Shown here one piece after another: positions 1 to 9,303 of a stretch of 64,000 bases of DNA. Origin of the DNA: a bacterium (GTDB lineage: Bacteria > UBA8248). Position 1 is the stretch's first letter. Each line of letters opens with the position of its first letter. The position numbers and the translations under genes are program-made. The notes below the pieces were generated by a model, which was not told the origin of the DNA, ran no database searches, and saw only the letters and a program-made list of their open reading frames with translations. The stretch lies in the NCBI GenBank assembly GCA_965213685.1, contig CBDBZY010000036.1, forward strand, positions 64,001 to 128,000. Direction: 5' to 3'.

Positions 1-72
1 GATGGTTCCCTCGCGCGGGTTCCGGATGCTCCGGCAAGATGTCGGCCATGGGGGCGATTCGCCATCGGGCTT

Positions 73-101
73 TTGACTTCTTGTATGCTGCGAGGCATAT
101 T
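73..101 (+). promoter_or_regulatory. putative sigma70 promoter of pckA
   Basis: TTGACT (73-78), 17-nt spacer, CATATT (96-101) upstream of pckA. Confidence 0.5.
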
Positions 102-214
102 GCGACATTCTTTGTGTGGATTTCCACGCGCCCGGAAGAATCCAAAAAAAGCGTTCCGCACGAGAGGAAGCCTTTGGTATTTGATCCACTTCAATGCCCG
201 GGAGGAAGCGCCAC

Positions 215-1846
215 ATGGCACAAGCCGAGGAGGGAGGAAAGAATGCTTCCTCGCCTGCGAAAATCGGTACGGGAAAAACGTTTGGCCTGGAGAAACTGGG
301 CCTGAAAAATATCGGGACTGTCTACCGGAATCTTCCCATCGCGACGCTCAACGAAATGGCCGTCGCGCGCGGGGAGGGATTCCTCGCCCCCAACGGCGCC
401 CTCGTGGTGCATACGGGCAAATTCTCGGGGCGCTCCCCGAAGGACAAATTCACGGTAGATCAAAGCCCCTCCAACGGGAAAATATGGTGGGGCCCCATTA
501 ACCAGAAAATATCAACCGACAACTGGAACAGCATTCTCCAGAAGATGGCCAGCTACGCCCAGAAGCGCGATCTTTTCATATTTGACGGCTTTGTGGGGAA
601 TGACCCGCGATACAAGCTGCCCGTGCGAATCATCTCGGAGCTGGCGTGGCATTCCATGTTTTGCCAGACCCTGCTCGTCCGCCCCAAACCCGGGGAGATC
701 GAACGGCACAAAAACCCCTTCACGGTGATCGACCTGGGCAGATTCCTGGGGTCGGGCCCGTCCGAGGGGCTTCGGCAGGAGAACTTCACGCTGGTGAATT
801 TCGAAAAAAACATGGCGCTCATCGGCGGCTCGGAATACGCCGGCGAGATGAAGAAATCCGCCTTTTTCATCATGAATTACCTCCTCCCGCAAAAAGGCGT
901 CTTTCCGATGCACTGCTCGGCGAACATGGGCGAGGACGGGGATACGGCCCTTTTCTTCGGCCTCTCCGGCACGGGCAAAACCACGCTCTCCGCCGATCAG
1001 AACCGAAAGCTCATAGGCGACGACGAGCATGGCTGGACGGATTCGGGCATCTTTAATTTTGAGGGCGGCTGCTATGCGAAAACCATCCAGCTGACCAAGG
1101 AGAAGGAACCGCAGATTTGGGATGCGATTCGGTTTGGCTCCGTTCTGGAAAATGTCGTTGTTGACCCGCATACGCGAGAGATTGACTACGACGACATGTC
1201 GATAACGGAGAACACGCGCGCCACCTACCCCACGCATCATATCGAGAATTGCGTGCTCTCCGGGATGGGGAATCACCCGAAAAACATATTCTTTCTCACT
1301 TGCGACGCATTCGGCGTCCTGCCCCCCATCAGCAAGCTCACGCCCGAGCAGGCCGCCTACCATTTCCTCTCCGGCTACACGGCCAAGGTCGCCGGCACGG
1401 AAGCCGGAGTCGATGCGCCGAGGGCCACCTTCAGCAGCTGCTTCGGCGCCCCCTTTCTTGCGCTGCATCCCGGCGCTTACGGCGAAATGTTGCGGGAGAA
1501 GCTCAAAAAGCATGACGCGCAAGTCTGGCTGGTCAATACGGGATGGATTGGCGGTGCCGCCGGCGAAGTCGGCAGGATGCCGCTGGCGGATACGCGCGCG
1601 CTCCTGACGGCCGCCATGACGGGGCGGCTGGCGCAGGTCCCCACCCAGGGAACACCCATATTCGACCTGCATGTCCCGGCAGCCTGTCCCGGGGTGTCTC
1701 CGGAATTGATGGTTCCCAAAAACCTTTGGAGAAGCCCGGAAAGGTATGACCAGAAAATGCGTGAACTGGCGGGTGCGTTCCGTGAGAATTTTAAACAATT
1801 CGCGTCTCGCGTGCCGCCAGAAGTGGAAGCGGGCGGTCCCAAATAG
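215..1846 (+). CDS. pckA: phosphoenolpyruvate carboxykinase (ATP)
   Basis: Motifs GRSPKDKF, YAGEMKK, FFGLSGTGKTTLS, LIGDDEHGW, NFEGGCYAK; GGAGGA RBS at 201-206 supports ATG 215. Confidence 0.96.
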   Translation: MAQAEEGGKNASSPAKIGTGKTFGLEKLGLKNIGTVYRNLPIATLNEMAVARGEGFLAPNGALVVHTGKFSGRSPKDKFTVDQSPSNGKIWWGPINQKISTDNWNSILQKMASYAQKRDLFIFDGFVGNDPRYKLPVRIISELAWHSMFCQTLLVRPKPGEIERHKNPFTVIDLGRFLGSGPSEGLRQENFTLVNFEKNMALIGGSEYAGEMKKSAFFIMNYLLPQKGVFPMHCSANMGEDGDTALFFGLSGTGKTTLSADQNRKLIGDDEHGWTDSGIFNFEGGCYAKTIQLTKEKEPQIWDAIRFGSVLENVVVDPHTREIDYDDMSITENTRATYPTHHIENCVLSGMGNHPKNIFFLTCDAFGVLPPISKLTPEQAAYHFLSGYTAKVAGTEAGVDAPRATFSSCFGAPFLALHPGAYGEMLREKLKKHDAQVWLVNTGWIGGAAGEVGRMPLADTRALLTAAMTGRLAQVPTQGTPIFDLHVPAACPGVSPELMVPKNLWRSPERYDQKMRELAGAFRENFKQFASRVPPEVEAGGPK

Positions 1847-1900
1847 GGGAAATTTCTCCCCGTCCGCCCAGACAACCTTTAAAAGAGGGAGGGTGCTCCA

Positions 1901-2086
1901 GTGCCGGTCGTTCAGGTAAGCCTGTTGGCAGGAAGGTCCAAAGAGCAGAAAAGCGCGATGGCGGACGAGATTACAGACGTGGTGCACAGGCATTCGGGCG
2001 CGCCGAAGGAAGTCGTCATCGTCATATTCAACGATATCGCAACGGACTCATGGGCGGCTGGCGGAACCCTCTACGCGGACAAGTAA
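1901..2086 (+). CDS. 4-oxalocrotonate tautomerase family protein
   Basis: 61 aa with catalytic Pro1 after Met, GRSKEQK and C-terminal WAAGG. Confidence 0.9.
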   Translation: MPVVQVSLLAGRSKEQKSAMADEITDVVHRHSGAPKEVVIVIFNDIATDSWAAGGTLYADK

Positions 2087-2114
2087 TTTTCCATATCATG
2101 GAAGGAGGAGCGAG

Positions 2115-2972
2115 ATGAGCGCCGAGAATTTCAGGCTGGCTCTTGTGCAACCGATGGGACATCCTCCGCCCGACGATGAAAAAAACGTGCCCGACGCCAT
2201 CCGGTACGTGGAGGACGCCGCCGCGCAGGGGGCTGATTTTGTCGCCTTCCCCGAATCCTATCCGGGACCCTGGCGCATGCCCGCCACATACGATCCGTCC
2301 GCCGTGATAGAAGAAGCCGCCAGGCGCTGCGGCATATATGTCCAGTATGGCACGCTGGAGCCTCTGGACGATGAAAAGAAGACGGCCCACAACCTGCTGA
2401 ACCTCGCCAGACCCACGGGCGGCCCTTCCGGTCGCTATCGCAGAACCCATCCCCCCGGCCCCTGGATTTACACGGGCGGCGGTCTTTGGGAGTTTCAGTA
2501 TGTCGCCGGCGATAGCTACCCTGTTTTCGAGACCCAATACGGGCAAGTGGGCATGGCGATGTGCAGCGAGGTCTACATGCCCGAAGTGACCCGCGCCCTC
2601 TCGCTTCGAGGAGCCGAGATCATCTTCCTGCCCGCCGGCGTGGACAAGAAGAAGCTGTGGGGCACCTGGCGGAACCTGATTTGGTCGCGCGCCATAGAAA
2701 ACCTGGCGATTGTGATAACCACGCAAAACCTTTTCGACAAGAACCAGCGCGGCCTGGCGATGGTGGCCACGCCGGAGGAAATTGTATTTGAAAGCACGAA
2801 GGCCGGCATGTTTATCGTCGATGTGGATTTGGAGAGAATCCGCCAGCTCCGCGCGCAAAGAGACGAGGTGGGCTCATCCGGAGAAAATGGAGCGAAGGCC
2901 GGCGTGTTGAGCCAATGGCAAAGACCGGAGTTGTATGACAAGTTTTTCCCGAAAGAAGGCGCGCCCGGTTAG
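2115..2972 (+). CDS. carbon-nitrogen hydrolase (nitrilase superfamily)
   Basis: VAFPE, YRRTH, MCSEVYMPE, SRAIEN motifs; AGGAG RBS. Confidence 0.88.
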   Translation: MSAENFRLALVQPMGHPPPDDEKNVPDAIRYVEDAAAQGADFVAFPESYPGPWRMPATYDPSAVIEEAARRCGIYVQYGTLEPLDDEKKTAHNLLNLARPTGGPSGRYRRTHPPGPWIYTGGGLWEFQYVAGDSYPVFETQYGQVGMAMCSEVYMPEVTRALSLRGAEIIFLPAGVDKKKLWGTWRNLIWSRAIENLAIVITTQNLFDKNQRGLAMVATPEEIVFESTKAGMFIVDVDLERIRQLRAQRDEVGSSGENGAKAGVLSQWQRPELYDKFFPKEGAPG

Positions 2973-3043
2973 GGCCGCAACGCATCCCCGGGAGAGTGCG
3001 CCGGGAATATGTTGCGAAAAGGCATCCCTCACCAGAAGATAAG

Positions 3044-3547
3044 ATGACGAAGAGTTATTTCTGGCTCCTGTACGCGCATATCCTGGCGGCCTGTCTCTAC
3101 CAGGGCGCGCTCGTTTTCTTTGGGCTTCTCATGGTCCACCTCCGGCGCAGGCTTTCCCCGGATGAGTTCGCGGGAGAGGTCGTCTCCATACTGCGCTTTT
3201 ACCACCCCTTCATCCTGATATGCATGGGCCTCCTCATCATGACGGGCGCCTGGTATCTGACGGGCCTCAAAATGGCGATGGGGCCGTCTTTCGGAAAACT
3301 CTTCGTCCCTCTCGGACTCAAACTGCTGACGGTTTTCTTGATGATGATGGGCATCAGCTTTCAGTTTTTCGCCGTTGGCCTCAGGCTCACCCGCGGAACG
3401 GGTCCCGCCGGGAACGGACGTCCCCCTGGAGCGGCGACCGAGGAGCGCATCCAGCTGCTGAAAACGCTTGAGCGCACGAACATGGCGAACGCCATACTCG
3501 CGCTGTTCGCCATATTCTTCGGCCTGGCGCTCAACAAGGGTTTTTAG
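3044..3547 (+). CDS. hypothetical 4-TM membrane protein
   Basis: Four hydrophobic segments with a His in TM1; ATG 3044 chosen over GTG 2996. Confidence 0.65.
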   Translation: MTKSYFWLLYAHILAACLYQGALVFFGLLMVHLRRRLSPDEFAGEVVSILRFYHPFILICMGLLIMTGAWYLTGLKMAMGPSFGKLFVPLGLKLLTVFLMMMGISFQFFAVGLRLTRGTGPAGNGRPPGAATEERIQLLKTLERTNMANAILALFAIFFGLALNKGF

Positions 3548-3613
3548 TTTGGTTTATCAGCCGCCCGCCCGGGCTTCCGCATCGTCCGGCGCACTTTCAC
3601 ACCTTCCGATTCA

Positions 3614-4462
3614 TCAGGCGGAGTGCGGCACCGGCGCCGCGCATCGGAATCCGATGTATCCATGACCTGACGCTTGCCGCCCCGGAAGGACAACTTCGCG
3701 GTTCGTGGCCGTCATTCCGTCGGGCGCGCTCGCCGAATGGCCTCCCCGCACCACGCGCGCCCCCGTCGCGCCGATATTCTCGCGCCCGTCTCCGGGCTGA
3801 TAGGGATATTTCATGGCCAGCGAGGCCGTCCACTCCCAAACCTGTCCCGCCATATCGTTCACGCCGAAGGGACTGGCGCCTTCCGGGTAGCGCCCAACGG
3901 CCGTCGTGTCCCCCCGATAACCGCCCAAATAGAGGTATGCCCGCGACGGCTTTCGGTTTCCCCAGGGGAACAGGCGCCCGTCGTCTCCGCGAGCCGCTTT
4001 TTCCCATTGCGCTTCGGTGGGAAGATGTTTCCTCTTCCATCGGCAGTAGGCCACGGCCCCGCTCCAGGCCATCTCGGTGGCGGGATGGTCTTCAAAACCT
4101 TTCTCGACGATCCAGGTTTTGTCTTTTTGGAGGATTTTCGCGTCCGGGTCGTGCAGGTCCAAATACATCTCGCCCTGCGGGCCTACGGGACCTTTCTTCT
4201 GAATAAAGGCGAGGTAATCCGCCCAGGTCACCAGGTTGCGATCCATATAATAGGCGGGGAGCGTCACGCGGTGCGCGGGACTCTCCTCCAAAGGCCCGTC
4301 ATCGCGCCCCATCGCAAACGGGCCCGCCGGAACGAGAACCATGCCCGCGTACCTGCCCCCTCCCCCCTGGGGGGATGGCGCCGAAAGTCCGGCTTCACCG
4401 CCAGCGAAAAACAGCAGGAGGGCAAACAGGAGCGGGATGCGCCAACGATTGTTCCCCGGCAT
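3614..4462 (-). CDS. formylglycine-generating enzyme (SUMF1/FGE-sulfatase) domain protein, exported
   Basis: VPAGPFAMG, LPTEAQWEKAARG, DMAGQVWEW, IGFRC; signal peptide after ATG 4462 with AGGAG RBS. Confidence 0.85.
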   Translation of the reverse strand: MPGNNRWRIPLLFALLLFFAGGEAGLSAPSPQGGGGRYAGMVLVPAGPFAMGRDDGPLEESPAHRVTLPAYYMDRNLVTWADYLAFIQKKGPVGPQGEMYLDLHDPDAKILQKDKTWIVEKGFEDHPATEMAWSGAVAYCRWKRKHLPTEAQWEKAARGDDGRLFPWGNRKPSRAYLYLGGYRGDTTAVGRYPEGASPFGVNDMAGQVWEWTASLAMKYPYQPGDGRENIGATGARVVRGGHSASAPDGMTATNREVVLPGRQASGHGYIGFRCAAPVPHSA

Positions 4463-4503
4463 CTTTCTCCTCACGCGGCGGGCTCCTTCAGGGCATCCGT
4501 ATT

Positions 4504-5232
4504 TCAGGCGACAGGCTCGTTCGGGGGCGGCCAAATCCGGCTTCCCACCAAGGGAGAACCCGGAGGATGCAGCAAATAGCCGTGCACGCGCCTCGTCCAC
4601 TCCGTCTCTTCCAGGGATATGTAGTTGGCCTCCCGCGCCGCAAGAGAGGTGAATTCATACAGGACAGAATGCTTGGGCGCGCCCGTGGCTATCAAATACT
4701 TTCTTGCGCCAACGCAGCCGGAAGTTCTCGAGACCCCCTCCATGCGCTCCTGGGCGTACCACGCTTCCAGGTCCTCGTCGTTGCCCTGCGACTCATACCG
4801 ACCCATCTGTATCGCAGGCGCCATGACGTTCGGGTGCTCCCTCTTGTCCGCATCCGGGCCCTCCACCCTCCATTCCTCGCAAAGGATCAGCCCCTTCGCC
4901 CGCATGCGCATCCCCGCCATCTTCCGGGACTCCGGGCTCTGGCGCTCCCTGAGCTGGGCCGGGCTGGGGTCGTAGAACGTTCTGGTGGATTCTCCGCCGA
5001 ACAACGCGATGAATCCTGTTCCGGACGCCAAATCCGGATCGGCGGTGCGGCACAGCCGCGCGGCTATCTCTTCAAACCTGCTCCCCGGGTGCCTCGTTTC
5101 ATAATGCGCCGCCCAGAGGTAGCCCGGCCGGGACAGCTTTTCCGGAATGTGCGCCTCGTGAAACCAGTCCATGTATTCGTCCCGGCCCTCATGCGGCAGG
5201 TCGTAGAAAATCGCCCATACAGCCCTGTCCAT
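4504..5232 (-). CDS. hypothetical protein with two EthD/DUF4286-like repeats
   Basis: Internal repeat YMDWFHEAHIPEKLSRPGY / LEAWYAQERMEGVSRTSGC, typical of dimeric alpha-beta barrels. Confidence 0.7.
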   Translation of the reverse strand: MDRAVWAIFYDLPHEGRDEYMDWFHEAHIPEKLSRPGYLWAAHYETRHPGSRFEEIAARLCRTADPDLASGTGFIALFGGESTRTFYDPSPAQLRERQSPESRKMAGMRMRAKGLILCEEWRVEGPDADKREHPNVMAPAIQMGRYESQGNDEDLEAWYAQERMEGVSRTSGCVGARKYLIATGAPKHSVLYEFTSLAAREANYISLEETEWTRRVHGYLLHPPGSPLVGSRIWPPPNEPVA

Positions 5233-5447
5233 ATTCCGCCCCCATCTTCTTGCGTATCCCGACCCGAATGCGGAAACCCCCGTTTCCCGGTTGCATTGTA
5301 GTATAGACGATGCGGGAGGAGTATGTATTTATCATATGGCATGGTTTGCGCTTTGCTGATTTGGGGATTGGGCGGCGATGTTCGAGCCTGCATTTCGTTT
5401 CGCCGCGCATTCTCCGATCCGCATCCTTCCAACCTGGAGCCGGCTCA

Positions 5448-6076
5448 TGATGTATGAAATCCGCACCTACACGTTCACGGCGGGAGACGCTCCCGAAGCG
5501 GTTCGGGACTTTGGCGAAATTATCGAAAAGAGAGCCGAAATATCTCCCCTCATCGGTTTTTTTCGATCCGCCATCGGGCGGCTGAACAGAATCCTCCACA
5601 TATGGGAATACGAGAACTCCGCCCATCGGGAACAGGCGCGCGCGGAGGCTCTCGGACAGCCGTGGTGGCCTCCCCTGCGGGTGGACAAAATCGTTCACCA
5701 GCAAACGCGGCTGATGCGCCCGGCTCCTTTCCGCCCGAAGCCGCGCGGCGGAAAACTCGGAAGCGTGTACGAAATCCGCAGCGACGTCGTATTCACCGGC
5801 AAGATGGATGCGCTCTGCGAGGCGTGGGAGAGGAATTTGCCCGAAAGAGAGCGCCTCTCGCCCCTGGCGGCCGCTTTTTCCAACCAGGCGGGAGCGTTCG
5901 AGTCCGGCATTCTGAATGAGTTTTTGCACATCTGGCCGTATCGGGACATGAACCACTGGATGGAGGTACAGGGGAATGCGGAGAACCTCCCCGGCTGGGC
6001 GAACGACGCCAGACGTTGCCTGAGAAGCGAGGCTTCGGAAATCTGGTGTCCTGTGGAGTATTCGCCCATGCGCTAG
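5448..6076 (+). CDS. NIPSNAP family protein (two domains)
   Basis: MYEIRTY...ILHIWEY and VYEIRS...FLHIWPY repeats, C-terminal YSPMR. Confidence 0.88.
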
Positions 6077-6129
6077 CGCGCCGCGCTGAAATGCGTTGCG
6101 GAGAATCCCCGGCTGGAAGTTTCAGGGCA

Positions 6130-6204
6130 TGGAGCGGGAAACGGGATTTGAACCCGCGACCCCAACGTTGGCAACGTTGTGCTCTACCACTGAGCTATTC
6201 CCGC
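6130..6204 (-). tRNA. tRNA-Gly(GCC)
   Basis: Reverse strand GCGGGAATAGCTCAGTGGTAGAGCACAACGTT-GCC-AACGTTGGGGTCGCGGGTTCAAATCCCGTTTCCCGCTCCA; cloverleaf with encoded CCA. Confidence 0.97.
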
Positions 6205-6236
6205 CCGCAACGATTCCAAGGATCGCCCAACTGCAA

Positions 6237-7364
6237 TCAGTAGTCAAGAGGCTGCGAGGCATTCCTGCCGCTTTTCCCGGCGGGCACCCCCAGCCTGTTC
6301 GCGAGCCAGTCGGCCGCGAGCGGCCGCCACAGGAAGGGGACGTTGTTGCATACGTGAACGCCTTCCGGATAAACGACGAGTTCCGATTGTCCGCCCGCCT
6401 CCCCTGCGATTTTGTGGGCCTGCTCCACGGGACACAGTCTGTCCCGTGCCCCGTGAATGATCAGCAAGGGTCGGTCCAGGTCGTGGAGAAATCCGCGCAG
6501 GGAGACCTCTTTTGCCTTGCTGGCGCCTTCCTCCTCGCTTTTCGCCTGAAGGGAAACGCACACGCCCTGGCGGGTCAAGGCCGGCAGGCCATCCCATATC
6601 TCTCCCAGATCATACGGTCCGCACACGCCGACCCCCGCCTTGAGGCGAGGCTCCGCAGCAAGGCTGCGCGGTGCGTAATACCCGCCCAGACTCACGCCGA
6701 GGACGCCGATGCGAGACGAATCCACCCGGGCGTCATCCGCCAAAAAATCGACGACTACGGAAACCACACGCTCAAAATCGGGACGCAGCAGGAGGTCGGC
6801 GTTTTCCCCCTGGGCCGGGCCATCGAAGGCGAAGGTCGCCATCCCCCGCCTGTGAAAAACTTCCTCGAGCGTATAAAACTCCTCCTTGGTGGAGTCGAGA
6901 CCCGAGACGAGGATGACGCATGGCGCGCCCGCCTCCCGCCGCACCCGATCGGGCATGCGCAAAATGCCCGGCAAAATTCTTTCGGCGGCATACGGGATTT
7001 CAATGCGCTCGCCTGGCGGGTCCAGGTGCGGCAGCGCGCGAAGGTGGGCCGCTACCTTTTTCTTTTGGGCCTCCGCCTTGAGGTGCGGGTCTTCATGGTA
7101 GACGAACTGGGCGAAGTGATAGGCGAGAGAGGCCCTCACGTAGGCCTCCGCCGCGCTGAGTCTCCTGCCCTCCTCCTCCATCTTCCGGGCTTCCCGTTCA
7201 CGGAGGGCGGCGCGCTCCGTCCAGAGTCGGCACCATTCACGCCAGGAGCGCACCCGGGGAATGACGTCCGAGGCGTCCGCATATGAAACCCCATTCGCCA
7301 GCAGACGAACGTACCAGTGCGCCAGCGCCTCTCGGGTCAGGGAGTCAGCGGACGGCTCGCTCAA
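6237..7364 (-). CDS. alpha/beta hydrolase, 2,6-dihydroxypseudooxynicotine hydrolase-like
   Basis: GLDSTKEE, DGPAQGE, nucleophile elbow GVSLGG, GVHVCNN. Confidence 0.85.
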   Translation of the reverse strand: MSEPSADSLTREALAHWYVRLLANGVSYADASDVIPRVRSWREWCRLWTERAALREREARKMEEEGRRLSAAEAYVRASLAYHFAQFVYHEDPHLKAEAQKKKVAAHLRALPHLDPPGERIEIPYAAERILPGILRMPDRVRREAGAPCVILVSGLDSTKEEFYTLEEVFHRRGMATFAFDGPAQGENADLLLRPDFERVVSVVVDFLADDARVDSSRIGVLGVSLGGYYAPRSLAAEPRLKAGVGVCGPYDLGEIWDGLPALTRQGVCVSLQAKSEEEGASKAKEVSLRGFLHDLDRPLLIIHGARDRLCPVEQAHKIAGEAGGQSELVVYPEGVHVCNNVPFLWRPLAADWLANRLGVPAGKSGRNASQPLDY

Positions 7365-8125
7365 CTCCTTTCTCCGGCGCCGGACTTGCGGGCGCAGATT
7401 CGGACGGAGACCACCGGGTGAAATGGCGCAGGGTCAGAAATGTCCCATTCCCGAAACCCGACGCGCGCCAGAAGAGATTCCCATTCCTCTCGCTCGCAGA
7501 CGCCGCCGAGCGAGGCGTTCCACGCTTGGGGGTCCTGGGCGATTTCATCCGGCAGTTCGCCCTCCCGCATCAATTCCCGTATCACGAGACGGCCATGCGG
7601 CTTCAATATCCGATGCGCCTCTCCCATCGCCTTCTTCTTGTCCGCAACGAGGTTGAACGAAGCGTTGGCCAGGACGATGTCGGCAATACCGCTTCGCATG
7701 GGTATGTTCTCCATGTCGCCCGCCAGAAAATGCACGCGCGCCCCCCGCACATCGGCCGCGCACGCCCTGCGCGCCCGTTGAAGCATCCGCATGGCGAAAT
7801 CCACCGCGAACAATCTCGCCCCCGCGTCCAGCCTCTCATCCATCAGACGCGCGTCCAGGCCCGCACCGCATCCCAGCTCGACGGCGGTCCGCACGCCCGC
7901 CAGGTCCACCCCGTCCAGCAAATACCCACAACCGCAATACGAGGATGAGATGCGATCCGGCAGGTTCTCCATGAACCAGGGGGGATAGCCCGCTTCCCGC
8001 GCCCTGGCCGCACCCCCTGCGGGAAACGCATCCGCCGAGGCCAGGTGGTCGTAGCGGTCCCTGACAAACGCCTTCACCTGCTTCTCCCACCCCTCGGGCT
8101 TTTTTCCGTGCACATAGACGGGCAT
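7361..8125 (-). CDS. SAM-dependent methyltransferase, arsenite methyltransferase-like
   Basis: YCGCG, ELGCGAGLD, ILKPHGRL; start MPVYVHG; stop overlaps the hydrolase start. Confidence 0.8.
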   Translation of the reverse strand: MPVYVHGKKPEGWEKQVKAFVRDRYDHLASADAFPAGGAARAREAGYPPWFMENLPDRISSSYCGCGYLLDGVDLAGVRTAVELGCGAGLDARLMDERLDAGARLFAVDFAMRMLQRARRACAADVRGARVHFLAGDMENIPMRSGIADIVLANASFNLVADKKKAMGEAHRILKPHGRLVIRELMREGELPDEIAQDPQAWNASLGGVCEREEWESLLARVGFREWDISDPAPFHPVVSVRICARKSGAGERS

Positions 8126-8138
8126 GGGAGAGGGGCGT

Positions 8139-8897
8139 TTAGTGGGGCATGTGGGCCGGGTTCCAGAATTCTCCGGTCCGCACCATCTTGGCGATGCGCT
8201 CGCCGTGCGGGAGCCAGCCGTTCTCGTTTTTCCGGGCCTGCGCTTCGCAGTCGTATTCCACGCGCTTGATTTCCACGCGCCATTCGCCTTCGCCCTCATA
8301 TTCCACGACCGAATAGACGGGGCGAGAATCGCCGTCCCAGTTCATGCCCACGGCGGCGGTGCAAACCAGGGTCTGCCCGTCCACTTCCCGGACATAGGGG
8401 CCGTGCACGTGGCCAAAAGCCATGATCTCCGCATCCGTTCCCCTGATTTTCTCCTTGACCTCCTCATCTGCGTATCGCAGGGGAATCGCGTCTTCTATGT
8501 CGTCCGGCGTGGCGTGGAAGATGAAGAAATCATGCCCCTTCTCGGGCGTGATCGTCATCGACCACATCAAATTGTCGAGATATTCGATTTGCTCGGGAGA
8601 GAGGCGCTCGCGGGTCATTTTCACCATCTCGTATAGCCATACGTGGTGTTCGTTTTTCGGAGGGTCTTTCTCGTCTTTCCGCTTCGACACCCACCAGTCG
8701 AGATTCCCGGCAAGCACGTCTACGTCCTTGCGCCCCATAAACCGATCCACCACCTCGGCGGGCTCCGGGCCCAGCATGACGAGATCGCCAACGACAATCT
8801 CGCGGTCCGCATTTTCCCGCGCCACGGCCTCCTGCACGGCGTCGAGGGGCGCAAGCTGGGCGTGAATGTCAGAATACAAAACGATCTTCAACGTCAA
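8139..8897 (-). CDS. metallophosphoesterase (YfcE/calcineurin-like)
   Basis: SDIH, GDLV, GNLD, FHA, FGHVH; TTG start with GGGAG RBS. Confidence 0.88.
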   Translation of the reverse strand: MTLKIVLYSDIHAQLAPLDAVQEAVARENADREIVVGDLVMLGPEPAEVVDRFMGRKDVDVLAGNLDWWVSKRKDEKDPPKNEHHVWLYEMVKMTRERLSPEQIEYLDNLMWSMTITPEKGHDFFIFHATPDDIEDAIPLRYADEEVKEKIRGTDAEIMAFGHVHGPYVREVDGQTLVCTAAVGMNWDGDSRPVYSVVEYEGEGEWRVEIKRVEYDCEAQARKNENGWLPHGERIAKMVRTGEFWNPAHMPH

Positions 8898-9303
8898 CGC
8901 ACTCCCTGTTCGGGAAAAGGAGCGGGGCCGCCGGACGCCTGAAGCGCGGCGGCCCCACATCTCACGGCGAGGCGAAAAACAGAGCGCCTTCCCCGGAATT
9001 CCTTTTGCTACGAGGCGCGGATGCGCGCGGAGAGGCCGCGCGGGCTCAGAAGCCCCACTTTCTCATCGAGCGCGAGAGCTGGCGATGCGCGATGCGACGC
9101 ATCCGGTTCCGCGCGAAGCCGGCGGCGCCTCCGCGTGAAACGCTCCTGAACAGCGCGAGAACAGACAGCACCTTGTAGAATGTCCGTAGCATCACTCCGC
9201 CTCCCCCATGCTCTTACAACACACCCATTACCATTTTTTAAACCCATTCCCGGCCTTCCCGGGGGCGCGCCGGCCTCCCGGCGTCCGTCGGCTCCTGGAA
9301 CAT

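Noticed and set aside
1-49. Possible 5' end of a minus-strand gene (MADILPEHPEPARGNH)
   Set aside because: Too short to support; runs off the window edge
6130-6204. tRNA-Gly as a genomic island attachment site
   Set aside because: No integrase, no duplicated tRNA 3' end seen, and no compositional break
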